Below are positions 56,856 through 64,000 of a stretch of DNA of 64,000 nt, piece by piece. Position numbers and translations under genes: made by a program. This DNA is from an uncultured Nesterenkonia sp. (GTDB taxonomy: Bacteria; Actinomycetota; Actinomycetes; Actinomycetales; Micrococcaceae), in contig CAMIAK010000001.1 in NCBI GenBank assembly GCA_946222885.1, positions 230,806 to 294,805 on the forward strand, in the 5' to 3' direction. Position 1 is the first letter of the stretch. Each line of letters starts with the position of its first letter. The notes below the pieces were generated by a model. The model saw only the letters and a list, made by a program, of their open reading frames with translations. It did not search any database and was not told the DNA's origin.

Positions 56856-57818
56856 ATGCGGAACCCCGAGCCGCTTCCTGCGGAACTCCATGGCCGCCTC
56901 TTCACCAGGGCTGAGGCCGTGGCGCGGGGAGTGACGGACAATCGTCTGAAGGCCCGCGACATCACCAGGGTCGCTCGGGCCACCTATCGGCATGATCCGA
57001 TTCAGGGGTCCACGGAGGCTGCCGACGACGTCGGCTCCAACTCTCGGCGGACAGAGTTTCTGCGGGCGATCTGCAGCAGGGCGCCCCGTTCCTGGGTCAG
57101 TCATGTGACGGCGGCCCAGGTATACGGCCTCATGCTTCCACGGCGGTTGGACCATGACTCTCGGATTCACCTCACGGGGGTCAGCCGTTCCCACTACAGC
57201 CGTGATGACCCACAAGTGATTCTTCATAGGGCAAGGGAGCCGACGGCTGACCTGCGCGAGGTTCGGGGCCTCCGAGTCTCTTCACCTGAGAGGCTCGTCG
57301 TCGAGCTGTCCTCCTGTCTGAGTCTGACGGAGCTCGTCACGGTCGGCGATCAACTGGTGCGCAGACCCCATCCACGGCTGGAGCCTCGAGAAGAGCCGTG
57401 GGCGAGTCTTCCGGCGCTGAGGAGAGCGGTTGAGGAGCGGAGAGGCCAGCGCGGTGTTCCTCAGGCGCGGAAGGCCCTCGAACTGGTGCGAGTGGGCGCG
57501 GACTCACCGCCGGAGACCCGCATGAGGCTCGCCCTGCACGAGGCTGGTCTGCCGGAGCCCGAGCTGCAGATTCAGCTGGAGCCGGGCGACCGGCACTCGC
57601 CAGCCGGTGATGCCGGGTACCGGCACGAGCGGATCGTCATCCAGTACGACGGCGACCACCACTTCAGTGCTGAGCAGCAGGCTCGTGATCAGCGCAGGAA
57701 TGCGCAGTTCGAGAGGGCCGGCTGGACGGTGGTCATGGTCAACCGCGTCGATCTCGGGGAGAACTTCACCGGGATGGTCAGGCGCGTCATGTCGCTTCTG
57801 GAGCGAAGAACCCTGTGA
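56856..57818 (+). CDS. DUF559 (Vsr-fold endonuclease-like) domain protein
   Basis: C-terminal IVIQYDGDHHFSAEQQARDQRRNAQFERAGWTVVMV pattern; start chosen at MRNPEP (ORF-track start 56739 lies inside the repeat). Confidence 0.6.
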   Translation: MRNPEPLPAELHGRLFTRAEAVARGVTDNRLKARDITRVARATYRHDPIQGSTEAADDVGSNSRRTEFLRAICSRAPRSWVSHVTAAQVYGLMLPRRLDHDSRIHLTGVSRSHYSRDDPQVILHRAREPTADLREVRGLRVSSPERLVVELSSCLSLTELVTVGDQLVRRPHPRLEPREEPWASLPALRRAVEERRGQRGVPQARKALELVRVGADSPPETRMRLALHEAGLPEPELQIQLEPGDRHSPAGDAGYRHERIVIQYDGDHHFSAEQQARDQRRNAQFERAGWTVVMVNRVDLGENFTGMVRRVMSLLERRTL

Positions 57819-57820
57819 CA

Positions 57821-57882
57821 GGTGTGTCAGAACTGCGGAAATAGCGGTTCTGGGGGCCTCATTTCTGCAGTTCTGACACACC
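57821..57882. repeat. REP-like palindromic element, copy 2 (22-bp arms GGTGTGTCAGAACTGCGGAAAT / ATTTCTGCAGTTCTGACACACC, 1 mismatch)
   Basis: Same terminal 18-mer as copy 1; lies between the DUF559 stop and the phoU stop. Confidence 0.7.
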
Positions 57883-57902
57883 CGGGCGGGGGAGGGAGCG
57901 GA

Positions 57903-58559
57903 TCACTCGCTGTAGCGGGAGTCCCATTCGCCGGTGACCAGGTATTCGACCTTCTTCGCGACGGCGACGCCGTGGTCGCCGAAGCGCTCGAAGAAGCGGC
58001 TGGCCAGGACACAGTCGGCGGTCGAGGCCGCCGATGCGTCCCAGTCCTCGGTGGCGATGACGGTGAAGACTCCGGCGTGGAGCTCGTTGATCTGCTCGTT
58101 GAGCGCGGCGATCTCCTGCACCAGATGCAGCTCCCGGGTCTCCAGCAGCTCGGTGACCCGCTCGGAGATGGCGATGCTGTGGCGCGCCATCTTCTCGTAG
58201 GTGGGGTGCAGCACGGCCGGGGCGACCTGGTCCGGGTAGCGCAGTCGCACCAGCTGCGCGATGTGCCGGGCCAGGTCGCCCATGCGTTCCAGGGAGGTGC
58301 TCATCCGGAGTGCGCCCACGATCATGCGCAGGTCCGAGGCCACCGGGCCCTGGAGCGCCAACAGGTCGATGGCCTTCTCGTCCAGCTCGACCTGCAGCTT
58401 GTCGATGCGCGTATCAGCGGCGATGACCTCCTCGGCCAGCTGCACATCGGCGCTCTCGAAGGACACGTACGCGCGGTCCATGGCTTTGGAGACCAGCGTG
58501 GAGATCTCGATCAGCTGCTCGCCGAGGTTCTGCAGATCTTCCTGGAAAAGCTTGCGCAC
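57903..58559 (-). CDS. phoU: phosphate transport system regulator PhoU
   Basis: 218 aa of PhoU-domain helical repeats. Confidence 0.85.
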   Translation of the reverse strand: MRKLFQEDLQNLGEQLIEISTLVSKAMDRAYVSFESADVQLAEEVIAADTRIDKLQVELDEKAIDLLALQGPVASDLRMIVGALRMSTSLERMGDLARHIAQLVRLRYPDQVAPAVLHPTYEKMARHSIAISERVTELLETRELHLVQEIAALNEQINELHAGVFTVIATEDWDASAASTADCVLASRFFERFGDHGVAVAKKVEYLVTGEWDSRYSE

Positions 58560-58735
58560 GTGAACGGGGTCCTTTCGTAGAGCGTCGGGGCCGGCGCCCC
58601 ACCGGTAGAGTCTCCTTCCTGCGGGTGAACTCCCGCGTCCACATCAGTCGACGCGCAGGTGAACGGTTGTTGAACCCCTGGCGTCCTCGGGGCCCCGCGG
58701 CGACGAGCACATGAACACATGCCTAAGCTGTAGGG

Positions 58736-60007
58736 GTGGACCCCCTGATCATCGCCATCATCGCCGGCCTCGTCGGCCTGGCGCTCGGCGTCGTCGGGAT
58801 GCATGCCTTCCGGGTCAGCGAGCGCCAGCGCGCCGCCGGCATCGACGTCGACGAGCCCACCATGCCGGAGGGCGCCACCGAGGTGCTGGCCTCGCTGGGT
58901 CTGGCCTACATCGTGGTGGACACCGTGGACGGCGTCGTGCGGGCGAATCCCTCGGCCTATGCCTTCGGGCTGGTGCGCGGCCACACGGTGGTCCACCAGG
59001 AGCTGCTGAACCTGACCGCCCGGGTCCGCGCCGACGGCGTCATCATCGACCAGGAGTATGAGCTGCCCCGCGGGCTGCGCGGGGAGATGTCGATCGTGGT
59101 GCACCTGCGCGTGGCCCCGCTGGGGGATGAGTACATCCTGATCCTCGCCGACGACCGCACCGAGTTCTCCCGCATCGAGGCGGTGCGCAACGACTTCGTC
59201 GCCAACGTCTCCCACGAGCTGAAGACCCCGGTGGGCGCCATCAGCCTGCTCACCGAGACCATCGAGGACGCCGCGGACGACCCCGATGCCGTCACCCGCT
59301 TCTCCCAGCGTCTGCACAAGGAGTCCCGCCGGCTGGCCGCGCTGGTGCAGGACATCATCGAGCTCTCCCGGGTCCAGGGCAAGAACATCGTCCACCAGGG
59401 CACCCCGGTGGACCTCAACGAGATCCTCTCCGAGGCGATGGACCGCTCCCGGCTGCCGGCCGAGGCGAAGAACATCGAGATCCGGCTGGGCGGGGAGCTG
59501 CCCCGCCGGGTCCACGGCGACGCTGACCAGCTGATGATGGCCTTCCGGAACCTGGTGGACAACGCGGTCCGCTACTCCCCGGAGAACACCCGGGTCGGAG
59601 TGGGGCTGTCCTCCCGCGACGGCATCGCCCAGGTCACCATCACCGACCAGGGGATCGGCATCGCGCCGGAGGACCAGGAGCGCATCTTCGAGCGCTTCTA
59701 CCGCGTCGACGCCGCCCGCTCCCGCCAGACCGGGGGCACCGGCCTGGGGCTGAGCATCGTCAAGCATGTGATCAGCAACCACGGCGGCGAGGTCTCCCTC
59801 TGGTCCCAGCAGGGCAGGGGCTCGACCTTCACCGTCCGGCTGCCCGAGCTCGATGAGAACATGGACCACCCGGCCCTTCCGCACGGCCCGCCGGCCGGGC
59901 AGGTGCCCCAGCAGGCGTCCCCGCACAGCTCCCATCACCGCACATCACCATCCGGAACCGCAGCATCCGAGACATCAGGATCTGACCCAGCAGGAGGAAC
60001 AGAGTGA
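58736..60007 (+). CDS. senX3: sensor histidine kinase (SenX3-like)
   Basis: N-terminal TM, H-box VSHELKTP, HATPase motifs (GTGLGLSIVK); upstream of regX3. Confidence 0.8.
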   Translation: MDPLIIAIIAGLVGLALGVVGMHAFRVSERQRAAGIDVDEPTMPEGATEVLASLGLAYIVVDTVDGVVRANPSAYAFGLVRGHTVVHQELLNLTARVRADGVIIDQEYELPRGLRGEMSIVVHLRVAPLGDEYILILADDRTEFSRIEAVRNDFVANVSHELKTPVGAISLLTETIEDAADDPDAVTRFSQRLHKESRRLAALVQDIIELSRVQGKNIVHQGTPVDLNEILSEAMDRSRLPAEAKNIEIRLGGELPRRVHGDADQLMMAFRNLVDNAVRYSPENTRVGVGLSSRDGIAQVTITDQGIGIAPEDQERIFERFYRVDAARSRQTGGTGLGLSIVKHVISNHGGEVSLWSQQGRGSTFTVRLPELDENMDHPALPHGPPAGQVPQQASPHSSHHRTSPSGTAASETSGSDPAGGTE

Positions 60008-60684
60008 CCAGGATTCTCATCGTCGAAGACGAGGCCTCGTTCTCAGAGGCTCTCGCGTACACCTTGGAGAAGGAGGGGTACGACGTCACTGTGGCCGAGG
60101 ACGGTGTGGCCGCAGTCGAGATCTTCGACCAGGAGGGAGCCGACCTGGTCCTCCTGGACCTGATGCTGCCCGGCCAGCCGGGCACCGAGGTCTGCCGGCA
60201 GATCCGCCAGCGCTCGCAGGTGCCGGTGATCATGCTCACCGCCAAGGACTCCGAGATCGACAAGGTCGTGGGCCTGGAGCTCGGCGCCGACGACTACGTG
60301 ACCAAGCCCTACTCCTCCCGCGAGCTGCTGGCCCGGGTCCGGGCGGTGCTGCGCCGTCATGTGGACACCGAGATCGACGAGGGCTCCATGGTCTCGGCCG
60401 GCCCGGTCCGGATGGATGTGGAGCGCCACACCGTGGAGGTCGGGGGAGAGGCCGCCTCCCTGCCCCTGAAGGAGTTCGAGCTGCTGGAGATGCTGCTGCG
60501 CAACGCCGGGCGCGTGCTGACCCGCGGCCAGCTCATCGACCGGGTCTGGGGCTCCGACTACGTGGGCGACACCAAGACCCTGGACGTGCACGTCAAGCGC
60601 CTGCGCGCCAAGATCGAGCCGGACCCCTCCAGCCCCCGCTACCTCATCACCGTCCGCGGCTTGGGGTATAAGTTCGAAGCTTGA
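60004..60684 (+). CDS. regX3: OmpR-family response regulator (RegX3-like)
   Basis: Receiver domain (ILIVEDE..DLVLLDLMLPG) plus winged-helix C-terminus (YLITVRGLGYKF). Confidence 0.85.
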   Translation: MTRILIVEDEASFSEALAYTLEKEGYDVTVAEDGVAAVEIFDQEGADLVLLDLMLPGQPGTEVCRQIRQRSQVPVIMLTAKDSEIDKVVGLELGADDYVTKPYSSRELLARVRAVLRRHVDTEIDEGSMVSAGPVRMDVERHTVEVGGEAASLPLKEFELLEMLLRNAGRVLTRGQLIDRVWGSDYVGDTKTLDVHVKRLRAKIEPDPSSPRYLITVRGLGYKFEA

Positions 60685-60786
60685 CCTCAGGGAAGCAGAG
60701 AGCGGTGCAGCGGCCGCCGAGCCGGGCGCGGTGCGGGGCGTTAGACTGGTCCCTGGTCAGATCCGGTCTTGAGGTCAGGAGTGTGT

Positions 60787-62421
60787 ATGAGCACCGCAGA
60801 GAACAGCCAGCCCATCCGCCGAGCACTGATCTCCGTCTATGACAAGACCGGCCTGGAGGAGCTCGCCCGCGGCCTGCACGAGGCCGGCGTCGAGCTGGTC
60901 TCCACCGGCTCCACCGCCAAGCGCATCGCCGAGGCCGGGGTCCCGGTCACCGAGGTCTCCGAGGTCACCGGCTTCCAGGAGTGCCTGGACGGCCGGGTGA
61001 AGACCCTGCACCCCCGTGTGCACGCCGGCATTCTGGCCGACCGCCGCCGGGAGGACCACCGCGCCCAGCTCGAGGAGCTGGAGATCCGGCCCTTCGATCT
61101 GGTGGTGGTGAACCTCTACCCCTTCGCCGACACCGTCGCCTCGGGCGCCTCCGAGGACGAGATCGTCGAGCAGATCGACATCGGCGGCCCCTCCATGGTG
61201 CGCGCCGCCGCGAAGAACCACGCCTCGGTCGCCGTGGTGGTGGATCCGCTGCGCTATCGGGAGGTGCTCGCCGCCGCGGCGCAGGGAGGCTTCACGCTGT
61301 CCGCCCGCCAGCGCCTGGCCGCCCTGGCCTTCGCGCACACCGCCGCCTATGACACCGCGGTGGCGCGCTGGACCTCCCAGCAGTTCGACGACGACTTCGA
61401 CGCCTCCAGCCTCCCGGCGTCCCCGCTGGCCCAGGAGGACAAGAAGCTGCAGTTCCCGCCCTACGCCGGCCTGGCCCTGGAACGGGTCACCGGACTGCGC
61501 TACGGCGAGAACTCCCACCAGCCGGCCGCGCTCTACGCCGACACCCAGGGGCTGCCGGGCCTGGCCCAGGCCGAGACCCTGCACGGCAAGGCGATGAGCT
61601 ACAACAACTACGTCGACGCCGACGCCGCGGTCCGCACCGCCTTCGACTTCGCCGAGCCCGCAGTGGCGATCATCAAGCACGCCAACCCCTGCGGCGTGGC
61701 TGTGGGCGCCACTGTGGCCGAGGCCCACCAGAAGGCTCACGCCTGCGATCCGCTCTCCGCCTTCGGAGGGGTCATCGCCGCCAACCGCACGGTCACCGCC
61801 GCCATGGCCGAGACCGTGGCCGGAATCTTCACCGAGGTCGTCGTCGCCCCGGACTTCGAGGAACAGGCCCTGGAGATCCTCACCCGGAAGAAGAACATCC
61901 GGCTGCTCAAGCTGGCCGAGGGGCACGGCCGGGAACGGGTGGAGTACAAGCAGATCTCCGGAGGCATGCTGCTGCAGGCCTCCGACGCCCTCGACGCCGA
62001 CGGCGACAGCCCGCAGAGCTGGAAGCTCGCCTCCGGCCCCGCCGCCGATGAGCAGACCCTGGCCGATCTGGAATTCGCCTGGCGCGCCGTGCGCTCGGTG
62101 AAGTCCAACGCGATCCTGCTGGCCTCCGAAGGCTCCACCGTGGGCATCGGCATGGGCCAGGTCAACCGCCTGGACTCCTGCCGCCTGGCGGTCCAGCGCG
62201 CCAACACCCTGGCCGGCGACGGCGTGGACCGCGCGCGCGGCTCGGTGGCCGCCTCCGACGCCTTCTTCCCCTTCGCCGACGGGCTGCAGAGCCTGATCAC
62301 CGCCGGTGTGCGCGCCGTCGTCCAGCCGGGCGGCTCGCAGCGCGACGAGGAGGTCATCGCCGCGGCCGAGGAGGCCGGGCTGACCATGTACCTCACCGGT
62401 GCGCGCCACTTCTTCCACTGA
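60787..62421 (+). CDS. purH: bifunctional AICAR formyltransferase/IMP cyclohydrolase
   Basis: [11 protein letters not shown]..., [25 protein letters not shown] motifs. Confidence 0.9.
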   Translation: MSTAENSQPIRRALISVYDKTGLEELARGLHEAGVELVSTGSTAKRIAEAGVPVTEVSEVTGFQECLDGRVKTLHPRVHAGILADRRREDHRAQLEELEIRPFDLVVVNLYPFADTVASGASEDEIVEQIDIGGPSMVRAAAKNHASVAVVVDPLRYREVLAAAAQGGFTLSARQRLAALAFAHTAAYDTAVARWTSQQFDDDFDASSLPASPLAQEDKKLQFPPYAGLALERVTGLRYGENSHQPAALYADTQGLPGLAQAETLHGKAMSYNNYVDADAAVRTAFDFAEPAVAIIKHANPCGVAVGATVAEAHQKAHACDPLSAFGGVIAANRTVTAAMAETVAGIFTEVVVAPDFEEQALEILTRKKNIRLLKLAEGHGRERVEYKQISGGMLLQASDALDADGDSPQSWKLASGPAADEQTLADLEFAWRAVRSVKSNAILLASEGSTVGIGMGQVNRLDSCRLAVQRANTLAGDGVDRARGSVAASDAFFPFADGLQSLITAGVRAVVQPGGSQRDEEVIAAAEEAGLTMYLTGARHFFH

Positions 62422-62451
62422 GACTTTCCCTGATAAGGGGGTGCCGTTCGC

Positions 62452-63786
62452 ATGACCGAACAGCTGGACGACCTCGAAGACCTGATCCGCGATGAGCGGC
62501 TGCGCGACCTGCGCGTCGCACTGGACGACCTGAACACCGGCGACATCGTCGACTTCCTGGAGCGCCTCGGCGTGAAGGACCGTGCGGTGACCTTCCGGCT
62601 GCTGCCCAAGGACACCGCCGTCGAGGTCTTCGACATGCTGGACCAGTCCCTGCAGCACGAGATCATCCAGGGGCTGAAGGACCTCGACGTCGCGCACTTC
62701 TTCGAGTCCCTGGACCCGGACGACCGTGTCCGCCTGATGGACGAGATGCCGGCCTCGGTGGCGCGCAAGATGATGCGCCATCTGGACCCGCGCGAACGCA
62801 GTCTGACCAACATCGTGCTGGGCTACCCGGACGGCACCATCGGCCGCCAGATGTCCCCGGAGTTCGTGGCGATCCCGGAGCACTGGAGCGTCTCCCAGGC
62901 CATGGAGAAGGTCCGCCGCTCCGGGCAGGACGCGGAGACCCTCTACACCCTGCCCGTGGTGGACCGTGCGCGGCTGCTCAAGGGCGTGGTCTCGCTGCGC
63001 GACCTGGTCGCCGCAGGGGATGAGACGCCCATCGCCGAGATCATGGCCGAGGTGGACTCGGTGGACGCCGACCACGACGCCGAGGACGCGGCCCGCCGCT
63101 GTGCGGACCGCAAGCACCTGGCCATGCCGGTCACCGACTCCGAGCACCGGGTGGTCGGAATCTTCACCGTGGACGACGCCCTGGACATCCTGGAGCGCGC
63201 GGAGAACGAGGACGCCGCCCGCCACGGCGGCGCCGAGCCGCTGAACCGCCCCTACCTCTCCACCCCGGTGCTTCACCTGATGCGGCTGCGCGTGGTGTGG
63301 CTGCTGGTGCTCGCCGTCGGCGCCACCCTGACGGTGACTGTGCTGGACCGCTTCGAGGACACTCTGGAGTCGGTGGTCGTGCTGGCGCTGTTCGTGCCGC
63401 TGCTGATCGGCACCGGCGGAAACGTCGGCAACCAGGCGGCGACGACGATCACCCGCGCCCTGGCCCTCGGCGACGTCGCGACCCGTGACGTCTTCAAGGT
63501 GCTCTGGCGGGAGTTCCGGGTGGGCGTGACCCTGGGCGGCTCCCTGGGCGTGCTCGCGGTGCTGCTGGTGGGGGTGATCTACGGCTGGGAGGTCGGTGCG
63601 GTCATCGGCCTGACCATGCTGACCCTGTGCTCGCTGGCCGCCTCGGTGGGCGGGCTGATGCCGCTGCTGGCGAAGAAGCTGGGCTTCGACCCGGCGGTCT
63701 TCGCCAACCCCTTCATCGCGACCTTCGTGGACGCCACCGGGCTGATCATCTACTTCCTGATCGCCCAGAGCGTGCTGGGCATCTGA
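62452..63786 (+). CDS. mgtE: magnesium transporter MgtE
   Basis: N-terminal MgtE_N, CBS pair, C-terminal 5-TM MgtE domain (GNVGNQAATTITRALALG). Confidence 0.85.
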   Translation: MTEQLDDLEDLIRDERLRDLRVALDDLNTGDIVDFLERLGVKDRAVTFRLLPKDTAVEVFDMLDQSLQHEIIQGLKDLDVAHFFESLDPDDRVRLMDEMPASVARKMMRHLDPRERSLTNIVLGYPDGTIGRQMSPEFVAIPEHWSVSQAMEKVRRSGQDAETLYTLPVVDRARLLKGVVSLRDLVAAGDETPIAEIMAEVDSVDADHDAEDAARRCADRKHLAMPVTDSEHRVVGIFTVDDALDILERAENEDAARHGGAEPLNRPYLSTPVLHLMRLRVVWLLVLAVGATLTVTVLDRFEDTLESVVVLALFVPLLIGTGGNVGNQAATTITRALALGDVATRDVFKVLWREFRVGVTLGGSLGVLAVLLVGVIYGWEVGAVIGLTMLTLCSLAASVGGLMPLLAKKLGFDPAVFANPFIATFVDATGLIIYFLIAQSVLGI

Positions 63787-63849
63787 GGCGTGCCGGTCGC
63801 GGCGGCGCGGGGCCGCCGTCGTCGGGTAGATTGAGACGCGGACAACTGA

Positions 63850-64000
<151 letters not shown>

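Noticed and set aside
58511-59938. 475-aa minus-strand ORF antisense to senX3
   Set aside because: senX3 has H-box and HATPase motifs on the + strand. The antisense frame is Gly/Ala/Arg-rich noise.

Overview
The window is from a high-GC (~65-70%) actinobacterial chromosome. It carries a siphovirus-like temperate prophage integrated at the 3' end of a tRNA-Ser(TGA) gene. Bases 1..4363 are identical to 43475..47837 (offset 43,474 bp), so the window covers the right end of one prophage copy and then one complete 43,474-bp copy (4364..47837), i.e. a tandem prophage. The copy-1 end (lysis cassette, HNH, integrase) is fused to a phage-phage attP-like junction at 4341..4363 that contains only the last ~23 nt of the tRNA. 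The complete tRNA-Ser sits at attR (47814..47904).

Phage map, left to right:
- Immunity region: ImmA-type metallopeptidase, two lower-GC accessory genes, an XRE repressor divergent from a Cro-like gene, a Rha/KilAC antirepressor and an Xis-like HTH protein.
- Recombination genes: PD-(D/E)XK exonuclease, RecT-like annealase, SSB and RusA.
- Five HNH endonucleases per genome, three of them paralogous.
- Packaging and structural genes: cos-type HNH, a lower-GC inserted module (Zn-ribbon Prim-Pol-like protein plus Zn-ribbon HNH), TerS, TerL, portal, MuF-like protein, scaffold, major capsid protein, head-tail connectors, major tail protein, a tail chaperone with a -1 frameshift, tape measure protein, distal tail protein, tail proteins and a receptor-binding-like protein.
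- Lysis cassette: amidase endolysin plus holin.

Other observations: antisense membrane-protein genes lie inside the early and tail operons, and a G10 tract splits one early gene.

The host flank (47838..64000) encodes qor, tRNA-Thr, usp, a lipoprotein hydrolase, holB, tmk, metB-like, DUF2516, gpmA, a DUF559 gene bracketed by two ~62-bp REP-like palindromic elements, phoU, senX3, regX3, purH, mgtE and the start of a monomeric-type icd.
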